From assembly GCF_000143415.4 (NCBI RefSeq), contig NW_003314334.1, forward strand, positions 327,614-391,613: a stretch of 64,000 nt of DNA, read 5' to 3'. The notes below the pieces were generated by a model. That model had not been told where the DNA came from and ran no database searches. It worked only from the letters and a program-made list of their open reading frames with translations. The DNA comes from Selaginella moellendorffii. Lineage: Eukaryota > Plantae > Lycopodiophyta. Shown here one piece after another: positions 39,901 through 53,600 of the stretch (position 1 is the stretch's first letter; each line of letters begins with the position of its first letter). A program made the position numbers and the translations under genes.

Positions 39901-42900
39901 GTTAAATATACCCTTATGGGGGATAAATTGTTTATGTTGTGATATAGTAAGTCAATGTCGTAAAAGGGAATGCTCATTGTCAAAAAGGCAATTATTAGAA
40001 CACCCAAACACTCTAAAACACCAAGAGGTGGTGTTTGATGTCGCGAGGGCAATAGATAAAGCCCAAAGGACTAAGTCCCTAGCGAATGATGGATAAAAGG
40101 TGCTATCTAAACATCCAAGGTTGCAAAAACGGGAGAAGTCTGTCTACCTGAATTGGACAAAGCCAAAAATGGAAGTTTGGCAAGGTTAGTGATAGTCATA
40201 TAAAGGCCCATATGTAAGAACGTTAATCCTGGTGTGTGGGATTATAAAGTGAGCATATCTGGATTGAGGAACCACTCCCTAGGCTATTAGGTAGGTTCAT
40301 CCCTAAGAACATTTGCTAAGGCATGGTAGAAAGTGCAAAGCTATCCTCCTAGTTTGGAGGTGAATAACCGAAGGAAATGTGTAAGGCCAAAAGCAAGTAG
40401 TAAGGGGATAGAACCAAACTATAGGAATCAAAGAGCATAACCAAGAGTGGTTGTGTCAGTTAGGAGTGGAGAATCAAGTGGGTGCTCAAACATGTTGTTA
40501 CTAGCAACCGTGGTGCCATGCAAAGTCTAAGGCATGGAATTATCCATGTTAGACCATATGGTAATTAGAAAGCTTGAGAAAGGATAGGCCTTAACAAGCT
40601 AAGAGATAAAGTTCCTTCAAAGTTCCCAAAGGCAATTTTAGGTAGTATAGTATCTAGAAAGCCAAGTGTAATGGTGAAATCAGAGTGGCATAGCAAAAGC
40701 GTGGTTTTGAAGCTTGCCATAAAGCCATGGTATCAAGGTTGGGGGAAGTAGTTCCCGAGTGTTCAAGGGGATGACTTTAAATGAAAGTTGATGGTAAAGG
40801 ACTTTCATGCTTATGCATGAAACCATGTTACATTGGTCGGATGACTTGCTAAGCAAGAGTGGCAAGTCAGGGGAATAAATCCCCTAGTTAAAGGTGTTAA
40901 CTTCAAAAGTGGTGGCCCATGGGGCCAAGCATGGAGGAGTCCATGTATGATCATAGACTTGTCAAATAAGAAGACTTGGCAATTTGGAGGGACTAAGTTC
41001 CTAAGCTATGATCCGTAGCGTGCTTTAGATGTAAATTGGTGCACTGGAGTGGGGAGTCACGCCAGACATTTAGGGTGATGCCATCTGTAAATGCATATAC
41101 GGAAGTTGGGTTGATGTAAATTGGTGCACTGGAGTGGGGAGTCACGCCAGACATTTAGGGTGATGCCATCTGTAAATGCATATACGGAAGTTGGGTTCGA
41201 GTCCCAACCCTCTAGTGCTTGGGTTTGAGTCCCAAATCACTAGGGCATGGTGATGGTTTGGAATATGAGGACACTCATATTTCGATGGTCATGGACTCTC
41301 AGTGAGGAGACTAGCTTGGGCACCCTATTGTAAGCTCTTGGATTTGGACTTCCCGAGAGGTCACCCAGCCCAGTACTTTTCAAACCTAAGGACGCTTAAC
41401 CCCAAATATCCCAAGACCCTTAACCGATTGGAAAAGGGAATGCACTCTTATTCATGGGCCCTTTCCCTCTATATTTGAACCCTAATGGATTGTTTCTCAA
41501 GTCGTTCTCTTTAGTTGCTTACAATCCACCACGCTTCCCTGCAAGTTCACACCCTCGTGAACAGAAGCTGAGAGCCACAGCTCTCCCGAGAGCCTCGCTC
41601 TCTTCACACCCTACCCCTCGGATCGAGCCCAGTAGGAGCAAACTGGACCTACCTCTCATGACACCCTACCCCTCGGGTCGAGCCCAGCAGGAGCAAACTG
41701 GACCTGCCAGATGTCAATCAACATGTGGTGTGATTCCCCTAGCCAACCAATAAAGTCAGACCCAAGACCGCTCTGATACCAAATGTAAGCTCTTGGATTT
41801 AGACTTCCCGGGAGGTCACCCAGCCCAGTACTATTCAAACCCAAGGATGCTTAATCCCAAATATCCCAAGACCCTTAACCGATTAGAAAAGGGGGTGCAC
41901 TCTTATTCATGGGCCCTTTCCCTCTATATTTGAACCCCAACGGATCGTCTCTCAAGTCGTTCTCTTTGGTTGCTTACACCTGCCAAGAAGGGGATGCTCC
42001 AGAGTCATTATGCAAGATTAGATTGCTTAGAGTGAAAGCTCGGCATATCTAACTTAAACACTTTGTTGCAAAGGGCACCAAGGATGTGGTGAATGAGATG
42101 GGGACACCCAGCCTCAGTTGCTATGGATCCTTGGCCGGAAAGGTTGGCTTGGGTGCACCGCCAAGTGTGAGGGATGCCCTCGGGGTCATAGTCAAGAATT
42201 TAAAAGGGTCTGGAAGACTTAATTCCTATTAATAAACCTGTTAAGGGGTCAATATAAGATCATAAGGTGATCTTGTGGCTAAACAAGGACAAGGTCTTTG
42301 TTTGGGTTAAGGAATATGATTCCTAGTTCAAAGTGTTGATTTGAGCTATTGATAATGGTGTGACTTGGTCAAGGTGACCAAGTGGGAAGGACACTTAAAG
42401 GGAAATCAGTTGTGCCAATATGATGGTATAGTAAGTCCAAGAAAGTAGTCTTTGGGAGAGACTTATGGGAGGGTCACAAGTTGGGCCATGGACGAAGCTC
42501 GTAACAGAAAATGCTAAAGAGACCTACTAGGGGTGAGCACCCTTTGGACTTAGCAAAATAGAGCCTTTGCCATGGAACCAAAAGGATACCTTGAGAATGG
42601 AGGTAATGATGCTATGTTGCTTAGTGCAACAATCAATGAATAAAAGCAAAAGACTAGTGGCCAAGTGTGGGCCATGGAGTTCATTGGAAGGAATCCAAAT
42701 GGCAAAGTTAGGCATGAAACACTAATGTGTTGGATGCTAACGGATTGCGAGAAAGGAAGTGTGCTTCCAAGGATGGATTCCCAAATGCTCCAAGTTGGCA
42801 AGGTGAAAAGCTCCAAGGGAGGGAGTGGCAAAGTAGCCAAATGATAAGGCCGTGGACAGCTCTAACACAACTTACGATAACTGCAACTTAATGCCAAAGG

Positions 42901-43880
42901 TGGCACAAAATGGAAAGGAGGAGGAGGGTGCCCTCAAGTAGAGAACTCCCTAGGATAAAGAAGTGGAGTTTGCACAATATGTGCAATGAAAGGTGTCAGA
43001 GAAACTTAAGAAATTGACTTCGAGAAGTCAAGGCTAAAAGTTCTAAAAAGGAATAGTTATATCGATAGAAGTTGAAACTACTCGACAATGAGTAGTGGGA
43101 TTGAGATAGAGAAGGTGTCTTTAATAAGTTTAGCGAGAGTTAAACCAATAAAAAGGAAAGAACCACCACAAGTGGTCAATCGAGTTTCTATGTTGGAGAG
43201 ACTATACTCTTTAGAGGATGGACAAAGAAGGATGAGCCTTCGATGTCTGACCCTTGATGAATATTAGCTAGGTGCCAAGGATGGGAAGGGTAATACATGT
43301 TGGTATTACTTTATAAAATAGTTTATCATTCGATGAGGACATTGAACTTCGTTTATGGGTGGTGGAGTTGTGAGACACAAATCCCTAAGCCCCAAAGTGG
43401 AGCCGAAAGGGTGCCATATGGTAGTGGCCGAAGCAAAAGCCAAACGAGCGTAACACATTTGGACTAAAAGCTCCGACTTGAGGAGTCTGAGATGGAGTCC
43501 GAGATGGACCGAGATGGACTGAGATGGAGTCTGAGATGGACCAAGATGGAGTCCGAGATGGACCCGAGATGGAGTCCGATATGGAGTCCGAGATGGACCC
43601 GAGATGGAGTTCGAGATGGAGTCTGAGATGGACCAAGATGGAGTTCGAGATGGAGTCTGAGATGGAGTTCGAGATGGACCAAGATGGAGTCTGAGATGGA
43701 GTCCGAGATGGACCCAAGATGGAGTTCGAGTCCAAGTCCGAGTCCGAGTCCGAGTTCGAGTCTAAGAGGGTGAAAGCCCAAAGCGTTCGTCTCCCAGACC
43801 CTGGGGGGTTTGGTGAGCTCCAAAAGTATAGTAAGGGGGAGGACTCTAGTGGAGCCAATTTGGCCAGGAAAGGCCAATTG
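36958..43880 (+). mobile_element. Family A copy A3 with truncated 3' LTR
   Basis: 5' LTR at 36958-38579; PBS TGGTATCAAAGC at 38583-38594; PPT at ~43357-43367. The 3' LTR starts at 43369 and breaks at ~43880; no right TSD. Confidence 0.9.
41329..41978 (-). mobile_element. Cassandra TRIM nested in A3
   Basis: LTRs at 41329-41523 and 41784-41978 with the 5S region; PBS; degenerate TSD CCTAT/CCTGC; internal duplication of ~50 bp. Confidence 0.92.
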
Positions 43881-46800
43881 ACTCATTAGAGGGAAGTTAA
43901 GTCACGTTGAGAAGCAACGTCGAATATCTCATAATCTTTGTCCCTACTGTGCTGATCCTAATCACAAAGCAGCTGTGTGTCCCAAGAAGCCTCCCCGACT
44001 GCTCAAGTTCACTCTACCTCAAAGTCCACCTCTGTTGCAGTTGGGAAACAACCCTATCCAAACAGAGTAGGAGCTGTCTGTTTGGACTCCCCAAATAAAA
44101 ATCACTTTTCTTCTTTATCAAGCTCCTCACCACCTTTCATCAAAGCCACCACCAATTCCCGCAACTTCCATATCCCATGTCTCCTTTCTTTCACCAGACA
44201 ATCAGGACTCAAGGCTCTGGCACTACTAGACTCAGGTGCAACTTCCTGCTTCATGGACACGGACTTTGCTACCCGACATCACGTTCCTCTTTTTCCTACC
44301 ATACAGGATCTAAGGGTTGAAGGCATCAGTGGGCATTTTGTGTCTCCATCTTCTGGACTTAGGGAAACCTTGCCCGTTCGAGTACACATTAGGTCCACCA
44401 TCACCGATATCACCTTCAACATCATCAATAGCAAGTCCTCCTCTGTGGTGCTCGGTCTTCCTTGGTTCCAACTACATCAGCCTCAAATTTGTTGGAAGGA
44501 ATTACAGCTCATCTCTCCCACATCACCATCTCCCATAGCTTCCCTTGCTGTTCATCGAGTCCGAATCGGGAAAAGTTCCCTAAACTCAAATCGGGGTTCT
44601 GTTCCTGACTCTACGAAGTTTTCATCCTTTCCTTTTTCCTCTTTTCCATCTTACATTGGACAGTATCCTCGTCTTATCATTCCATTTATTCATACACCTC
44701 CTCCTATCTCCACAATCACTATGAAAGAACTCCTTCATAAAGAACCTATTTTCCTTTTTGCTTTGCATGTTTCTCCTGTTAGTCTTCCTGAGAAGTATTA
44801 TGATTTTGGGGATATGTTTGACAAAAAAAAAGCTAGTGTACTACCTATTCATCAGCCTTATGACTGTCCCATTGATTTACAGGAAGGAGCGTCACCTCCG
44901 TGGGAGCCTATCTACAGGTTATCCCCGTCCGAGCTTAAGGCCCTCAAAGAGTACATAGATGAGAACTTTGCCTCGAGGTACATTCAGCATTCATAGTCCC
45001 CAGCTGGAGCGCCTGTCTTCTTTGTCAAGAAGAAGGATGGGAGTTTGCGGCTAGTCATCAACTACTGAGGTTTGAACAAGGTGACTGCTCGAAACCGTTA
45101 TCCGCTGCCCCGATCTCGGACTTGTTGGAACGCCTCAATGGTGCCTGCTTCTTCACCAAGATCGACCTCCATGGAGCATACAATCTGATCCGGATCTGGC
45201 CTGGTGATGAATGGAGACTGCATTCTGAACCCACTATGGCCACTTTGAGTACACTATCATGCCATTTGGCTTGACAAATGCTCCAGCAGTTTTCCAAAAC
45301 ATGGCAAATGACGTCTTTTAGGAGTTTCTTGATTAGATGGTGATCGTCTACCTCGATGACATCCTCATCTACTCAAAAACTCAGGAGGAGCACGACGAAC
45401 ATACGCAAGGTGCTGGCAAAGCTACTAGAACATGGCTTATACGCGAAGCTTGAGAAATGTTCCTTCAATCAGTAGTCTGTGGAGTTCCTTGGGTACATTG
45501 TCACTCCTGAGGGTATCATGATGAATCCTACCAAAGTCAAGACTATTCTCGAATGGGAGCCTCCACAATCAATGTCAGACGTTCAGGTTTTCCTTGGCTT
45601 CGCCAACTTCTACCGCAAATTCATTGATCACTACTCTGACATTGTCCTTTCTCTCATGCATCTCACTCGCAAGGATGTTCCCTTCTCTTGGTCTGCTACT
45701 GCCCAACAGGCCTTCGACACACTCAAGGCGGCCTTCAGTTCTGCTCCCATTTTGATCCACACTGATCCCTCACAACCTTTCTTCATCAAGGCTGACGCCT
45801 CCAACTTTGCCATTGGTGCTGTGCTGTCTCAACTCGGAGCGGATCAAGAACTTCATCCGGTCGCTTTCCATTCTTGGAAATTCCAGCCTGCAGAGATCAA
45901 TTACGAAATCCATGACAAGGAGCTCCTTGCCATCGTGGATTCCTTTGGAGAGTGGTGCCGTTTCTTGGAGGGGGCGGGCCATCAAACAACAGTCTAGACG
46001 GATCACAAAAATCTCGAGTACTTTGCCACTTCCCGAGTTTTGAGCCGTCATCAAGCAAGGTGGGCACAATTCCTGAGTCAGTTTGACTTTATTATCAAGT
46101 ACAAACCTAGAAAGCTTCAAGGCCTTTCTGATGCTCTTTCAAGGCGCTCCTATCTTAGTCTCAAGCTTGGTAATCCTGCCTTCGATCAACAAGATCAAGT
46201 TATCCTCAGTCCTAATCGGCTTCAAGTTATAGCAATTTCCCTGGCCCCTCAGGACTCCTCCTTGATGGATGTGATCAAAAATGATCTCCAATCCGATGAT
46301 CTCGCTAGTGACATTTTACCCCATCTTCAGGCTGGACACCCAGTGACTCCTGACTGCCGGCGATTTGACAAGTTCGAGTTCTTAGATGGCTTATTGTACC
46401 GTGGGGAGCAGCTTTACGTTTCTGAAGGTGATGCTCGAAGGTTCGTCCTGATGGCGTGCCACGATAGCCCAACTGCTGGTCACTTCGGCATTGCGAAAAC
46501 CTATGAGCTAGTTGCACGGGACTTTTGGTGGCCTCACAAAGCTTTTCTTACCTCCTGTGACACTTGCGTCCGGAATAAGGTACCTCGCCACCTTCCTTCA
46601 GGTTTGCTTCGTTCCCTCCCGGTCCCTTCAGGTCCTTAAGAATCCATCTCCATGGATTTCTTGAGTGATCTTCCAAGTTCTAGAGGCTTCAACATCATTT
46701 TAGTCGTGGTGGATCACTTCAAAAAGATGGCTCACTTCTTGCCATGTACCAAGGAGTTTTTAGGCGAGGATATGGCAAAATTGGTATTCAGGGAAATTTT

Positions 46801-47660
46801 CCAACTTCATGGAATTCCTGTAGATGTGGTTCTGGATCGGGGACCTCAGTTCATCTCTCATTTCTAGCAACGGTTTTTGCAGCTTCTTGGAGTGAAGGCC
46901 AACCTCTCTTCGGCATATCATCCTCAAACTGATGGACAGTTCGAGTGAACAATTTAGACATTGGAACAATTCTTGAGGTGCTTCATCAACTATCATCAGG
47001 ATAACTGGTTTGATATCCTTCCCCTTGTTGAGTTCTCCTATAACAACTCTGTTCACTCCTCTCTTCGAATTTCCCCCTTCTTTGCGAACTCTAGCTGAAA
47101 TCCCCGATTCAATCTCTCACTTCCTTCTCCATCTGAATCCTCTTGTTCAAATCCCCGCTTTGAGGCATTTGTCTCCAACCTCCAGGAAAATCTCCTTCCA
47201 CCTCCATCATGCTAAGGAATCTCACAAAACATTTGCCAATGTCCATTGTCAGGATTGTCCCCCTTACAATATCGGGGATAAAGTTTGGCTCCTCAGGCGA
47301 AATATCTCCACCACCAGGCCCTGTCCAAAACTTGATTTCAAATGCCTCCGTCCTTTCTCTATCACTACCATCATTAATCCTGTCACTTATTGCCTTGCAC
47401 TTCCCTCCTCATATCAAATTCACCCCATTTTCACTCCTCTCTCCTTGAGCCTTATATTCCCAGTCCTATTCCAAATCGGGTCATTCCTCCGCCTCCACCA
47501 GTGCAGCTTGAGGATGGGTCTAAATATGAGGTTCAAAATATCCTTGATTCCAAGATTTCATGGTCTAAACTCTACTATCTGGTCAACTAGAAGGGTTATG
47601 GACCTGAGGAATGCACTTGGGAACCTGCGGACAACCTGATTCATTCTCCTGACCTTGTTC
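43881..47660 (+). pseudogene. Ty3/gypsy chromovirus (Tcn1-like) gag end and pol: PR-RT-RH-INT-chromodomain, disrupted
   Basis: Zinc knuckle LCPYCADPNHKAAVCP; protease ALLDSGAT; RT VYLDDILIYS; RNase H ADASNFAIGAVLSQ and HDKELLAIV; integrase CHDSPTAGHFG..WWP..CDTC, DRGPQF and SAYHPQTDGQ; chromodomain YEVQNILDS..YYLVN*KGYGPEECTWEP. Confidence 0.93.
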
Positions 47661-47796
47661 ATGACTTCCATCGCCACTATCCTTCTCGTCCCAGTCCTCA
47701 TTCTTTTTCTTCATCTCCCATCCCTCATCGCTCATCTCATCCTCCTCTTCGTTTTCATTCATGTCCTTGTTCCACTTGTTCTTGAGGAGGGGGTGT

Positions 47797-48156
47797 TGTC
47801 AGGAATCCCCCAATTCTTGCCACATTCTTGACTCTCTCCGGATTCCTGACCTGTAGACCACATTCTTGACTCTCGAGACACTTCCCTATTCCTGACTCTC
47901 TGATTTCTTGTACGATTCCTGAGTCTCGAGCCACATTCCTGATGATGATGTGGCACCTCCTCGACCTCAGCTATATTTAGGCCGTCCTCGATCCAAGAGT
48001 GGTGGAGCTTCATCAACCTATAGTATATATAGGTTAGCCTTGTTCCATTTCTCCACAATCTGAATCAACGCCAGTTTAAGGCCTTTTCTTTGTTTCCACT
48101 AGCTTTTCTCTTTGTCTTTTACATTTTCCAGTCTTGATCTTATTGGGGTCTTGACA
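47797..48156 (+). repeat. 3' LTR of the chromovirus (360 bp)
   Basis: Follows PPT GAGGAGGGGG (47784-47793); TGTCA...TGACA ends; family C resumes immediately after. Confidence 0.87.
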
Positions 48157-48979
48157 ATGAGAATACGAACAATGAATCACACCTCGTTGCAAATCATCTC
48201 TCCAAAAAGAGAAAATGATTTACTTGTTTGATCCTTTGTCCCTAACGACTCTCTTTTTGGTCTTATCTTTGACAAAACTTCAAGCTTGCTTTTACATTGC
48301 CTTCAATCTAATCCAAGAAAAGTTTATGAGAGAACATGACAATGATTATGTGAGATACAAAATCCCTAGGCCCCAAAGTGGAGCCGAAAGGGTGCCACGT
48401 GGTAGTGGCCGAAGCAAAAGCCAAACGAGTGTAACACGTTTGGACCAAAAGCTTCGACTTGAAAAGTTGAGAGCGGGAGTGGAACTCCCAACAAAGTGCT
48501 CGAGGAACGAGCACGAAGCAAGCAATAAGTGAGGCTCCAAAAAAGGGACCCAAAAGGACTAACACATGACATGTGGAAGTGTCTAAGATGAACCCGAGTT
48601 GGAGTCCGAAGTGGAGTCCGAGATAGACCCGAGAAGGGGGATGGTCCAAAGTTGAGTTGAGCTCAATTCAACACAAGTCAACTCAAGTCAACATAGTCAA
48701 TAAGAAATATTACAAAGGAGGTTTAAATTGAACAAATGAAGGTTCTAGCAAACTTTAAAATATTAAAATACGTAAATATCTAAGTTAAAAGTTTCTATAA
48801 GATTGAATTGTTTAAAAAAGACAAAGTTCATGAGAACCTATCTTTTATAAAACTATATTATTTTATTAAGACAACTGTTACAGCTGTCATATTTGATTTG
48901 ACTACTTAATATTTTGAATACTTTTACAGCTGTAGATACTATTCCTTCATTCAAAAGATTTTTTAGGGTTCTTGAGAAG

Positions 48980-49228
48980 ATGGGAAGCAAGGAAAATACA
49001 AGATCTGTGAGTAAGAGTTTTAGTGCAAAAGAATGTGAGAATGTTAATTTTGTTTCACTATCACAATCTCCATATTACACTCCTGGTCCTTATTACCCAT
49101 TTAGGAATGTGGAGACCACTATCACGATTGATAAAAATGCTCTTGTTACTTCTGAAACAACAGTCCAGAGCAAGAGAAATGAAGAAATGAACAACATAGC
49201 GGAAAGCACCAAGAAATCTACTCCATAA
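48980..49228 (+). CDS. Small ~82-aa accessory ORF near the MULE left end; homologous to 31007-31264
   Basis: FVSLSQSPYYTPG...NALVTSETTVQSK...AESTKK. Confidence 0.6.
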   Translation: MGSKENTRSVSKSFSAKECENVNFVSLSQSPYYTPGPYYPFRNVETTITIDKNALVTSETTVQSKRNEEMNNIAESTKKSTP

Positions 49229-49841
49229 AACTTTCCATGACATTTGTAATTTACATATTAATTCATATTAAAAACTCTATTGCTTACCTATATCGCAATC
49301 CTCTCATATGATAAGACCAAGGTATATTTTGCAGTGAATCCTCATTAAAAGTTTTTGGGAATTGTTTGTAAATAATGATAAAAGAAATCAAAATCTTTCG
49401 AAAGACTCAAAAGTAATATCACATCAAAGAATCAACTTTATCTATATTTCCAAGACTAAAAGGCAATCTCACATGAGAGAATGGTAGCATGCCAACGTGC
49501 TCTACCACTATAATGTGGTCTATATTTCCTTGCAATTTATTTCCCTAGACATTTGGCATGTGTAGAAAAGAATATATGTGTAGCAAAGTAGGATTCATCA
49601 TAATAATAGAGCATGTGTATACACGATAATCTAAAATTCTAGAAGCTCTTATGTTTACAAGAAAGCTATGATTATGAAGCCCCATTTCCAAGACTGACAT
49701 TTAAAGAATCTGAGTATTGTCAGTGTCATAATAAATAAACCTCATTCCCAAGATTAAAACTTAGTATATAAACTATCTAGAAAAGTTATAGTCATTGTAG
49801 GTTTTTTGTTCTCCTTGAGCTCCTTAGAAGTTTATATTGAA

Positions 49842-50387
49842 ATGGCTCAAAGGAGACCCATTGCTAATCGTACTTGGCCCCCCAGCACTTCATATCAATC
49901 TCCACTTCCATCCCCAAGTTCTACTAACATTCCACCTTCACCTCCACATAACAATCCTTTTTCTACTGAGGGCTCTAGTGAAGCTGAATTAGAGCTCCCT
50001 ATATGTGAAATTCCAGATCTTGCTACTAGAGAGGGATTGCCTCCAACGCTTCAAGAGCAATGCCACATGTTTTTGCAAGATCTTGCTCCTGACATGGTAG
50101 GACTACTTGAAAGCACAGAACGCTATTACATTCGGTGTCAAATATGCTACTTTTTCTTGGACAAGACAAATGGCTTTATGGGTTTACAAACTTTTCTTGA
50201 GCACTGTAAGAATTGCCCAACGGCAGGTCTGGAAAATGTGCACGTGTGGATGTACAATAGATTCAAAAATGAGTTACAGACACATACCCACTATCGCTTC
50301 ATGGTGAGGAACAACATCCCCTTGGGAAACACTGCATTGGGTAGTGCAAAATATGGGGTTTTTAGGCCACCCTATAGTGGAATGTAA
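49842..50387 (+). CDS. MULE cargo ORF: Pro/Ser-rich N-terminus and putative zinc finger
   Basis: Uninterrupted 181-codon ORF in an AT-rich context, with IRCQIC...FLEHCKNC...H. Confidence 0.6.
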   Translation: MAQRRPIANRTWPPSTSYQSPLPSPSSTNIPPSPPHNNPFSTEGSSEAELELPICEIPDLATREGLPPTLQEQCHMFLQDLAPDMVGLLESTERYYIRCQICYFFLDKTNGFMGLQTFLEHCKNCPTAGLENVHVWMYNRFKNELQTHTHYRFMVRNNIPLGNTALGSAKYGVFRPPYSGM

Positions 50388-50696
50388 GATCTAGAATTAC
50401 TTTACTATACTATAGTATTGTCACTATTAAAAGAAAAAATATAATAAAATGATATTAGTTGTAGGTAACATACCTTGTTCTAGAAGGTGCTATCATATCA
50501 CATACAATTGTTTACAAAATGTTGAAGGAGGAGATGGAAACACACAAGCACTACAAAGTGATAGTGACAGGTGAGAATGATAATCTATAATTATGGTATC
50601 TGACACTGACATTGACATTTGACAATTTTACTAATATCTGACACTTTCACTGACATCTAACATATAACAAGCTTTCCATTTTATGTAAGGATGCAA

Positions 50697-53600
50697 TTAA
50701 CTTTCTTCTGCCTCATCATCAACATAATGATTTCTTTTATACTTCCTCCTATATTGGTATTGTGGGGAAGATTCACCTTGCATATGTTGAGCCATGGCTT
50801 CTACATAGTCAGAGAGACTTCCAAAGCCTCCAATTCTAGAAACTCCAGGTGACTGTGATCTATAAAATAGAATGAAATATATATTGAAATTTTAATAAAC
50901 ATAATTTACCTCCTTGAGGTTGAAGGCAACTCACAAAATCCTCTGAGCCAACGTTTGAAGAGATGATGTTCTTCAATAGCAAACACCGACCTACCAGAGT
51001 CACGTGCTGCCTCCACCATAGAACCGCTACCTGTTGTGCAATCAATCACAACACCATCTGGTGGGCAATAGAGCTCAAGCAAGACTTGTTTTGCCGATGG
51101 AGTTCGGAATCAATACCCTGGAAATGTGTTGCGGATCTGCTCATCCACAAGGTTGGGTATGATGTTAGTGGAACTGTTGTACCCAGGCAAAACACATGCT
51201 GCACGTTCGCTATCACGAAACCCATCATGTGTGTTTCTGCAGAAGGCATGATAGGTCCACATCATAACCTGGAAAATAAAAATGTTTAGAAATTAGATAA
51301 AAATATAAAATACATATTCACCTTTTCAGGCTTCCCTTGGACGCCTCTCGTATCAACACCAATAGGATCCATGATGCACCCGGAAGAGAATGACTTGAAA
51401 TAAACTTCTGCTGCACACATCATAAGCTCATACATCCAGTTGGGGTCATTCGGTAGGATGAAGATGACATGGCCAGCTTCGAGCATAAGTGCTTTGGACA
51501 ATAGGAATGCATCGCGCAAGTGGTCAGTTGTGAGAAAGTTCCAATCCTCAACTTTCCCATCGATATCTGAAAGACCATCTGGAAAGTCGAAGAGAATGAA
51601 GTCCGCAACTGGGAGCACGGGCCTTTGTATCTTTCAGCACCAACGGTTGAACTGGCAGCGTATATCCATGTTGATGTCGTCTTCCGTGAAAAATGTCAAT
51701 AATCTACTGTAAGAGCTAATGAAGATACCCACAATGCCTCGTTGTGTTATTGGGGCATAGGACAAACCTATTAAAGAGCTAAGTGAATGAAAAAAGTAAT
51801 AAATAGTATGATACCGTCATATGGCGTGTTGTCGATGAGAGTTCCTCCAACTCCTCTTCACGGGCATCTTGTCGAGCTGGAATGAAATTACTACCAACAG
51901 TCATTGCTGCAAAAAAACATGTATTACCACCTTTAGTTTGTAAAATTCACTTTTGCTTACCTCGAGGTCGACGTGATATTCTGTGAACCACTTGATCATC
52001 GTTATTTACTGGTAGAACCTGATCTGGATCTTGGTTGTTTGATGGTTGAATTGGAGCCTGTTCCTAACTGTCTAGTGGTGGAACACGAACTTGATCTGGA
52101 GCTTCCTCATCCTCGTCTCCATCGTCACTTGCATTGCCATCATTGCTAGCATTGATAATTTCCTCACGATCTAGTGTAGAGGTCCCTAGGAGCTCCAACT
52201 CCCAAGGGCATTCTATCTTCTGTGCCTTCGAAACTCTTGCAAACATTGTTGGGTACATTCCTCCATCCCTTACACCCTTTGCAACAAGTTGAGTGCAAAC
52301 TGGTGCCTCAAATGGCATGCCTCTATATCGAAGATACCTGTAAACAATATATATTAAAAAATAGTCTTAGAAATCATATTATACTATAAGCTGCACGTCA
52401 CATGAAATAAGGTTGACCATGTTGGCAATCATAAGTTGTTGTGCTTGTAGACTTCTCTGGCAGCCAGCCCTCTTTGATCCCTTCCAATGACATGTTGATG
52501 TAGGTATCGAAAGACATGAATGTGCCATCTGGATCGTCACCAATGTGTGGTGCCAAGAACTTCTCACCTTCACTTATAGTTTGCGTGATGTAGACAGCCC
52601 TTCTCATCATGTTCTCAAATAGTTCTAGCAGTCCTTTCTCTCTGTTCATCAAGCAGATATTGAGGAACTCCAGAGTCTCTATCTGTTGCTTATATGGAAG
52701 TTTCGATTTTGCGATATTGTAAATCATGTCATCTGGAGTTTTGTTCACTGCAAAAGTAACATATGTATAATTAAGAAAAATGAAGTGTGATAAAAAACTT
52801 ATATTCATGAGAAGAAATTTCGGCTATAGTCTCTAGCCACTCCTTTGGCCTGTGATTGTCTGTAATGCATACTAGTTTCTTCAACTTTGAGGACTTTGCA
52901 TGCTGAATTTTGTGCTCAATTTGTACAAACTTAGCTGAGAGCTCTTCCCGACTCTTCTCCGGATATGTAAGTTTGTAAGCATCCTGCTTGACCTTCACCA
53001 AAGGCTAAAAACCAAAACAATTAAAAGAGGCTTTTATAAAATAAAAGGGAAAGACATACCTTACACCACACAGCGAGCATAAAACTGATTGGGTTGTTGA
53101 ACCAAGTTGTATCGTTATTTCGAGTGCGTGAGTGCCAAACAAGTGTTGCGAGATCATCACCATAATGTTGGCAGATGTCATCCTCACTCAAGTCTGCCAA
53201 AAATTGAAGTTGCTTAATGTTATGGACAAGATTTTGTTTTTAAACAACAAACTACCCAAGCCTACATTTAAACACAACAAAACAAGTTAAAGTGGAGTTA
53301 GAGGTAAAATTATAAAACTTACGCATTGATCTTTTGGCAAGCCAAAATAAGTCTGTTGACATCCAAAAGTCCCCTCGCATAGACATGGCCGACTGGAACG
53401 TTGATATGGTAGATGGGATCATCACGAAAATGATCGTCAATACACTTCATCCAAGCTCCATATCGGTGGTTACCATCAATAATTTGGAACATTGTCCCTG
53501 CAAGCTATAGAGTCTCAAGATGTCTGATAACCATGTCATCAAATTCTAGGGACTTCCTCCTCCAAATAGGATCCCAGCTATTCACAATCTCGGGTGTGAC

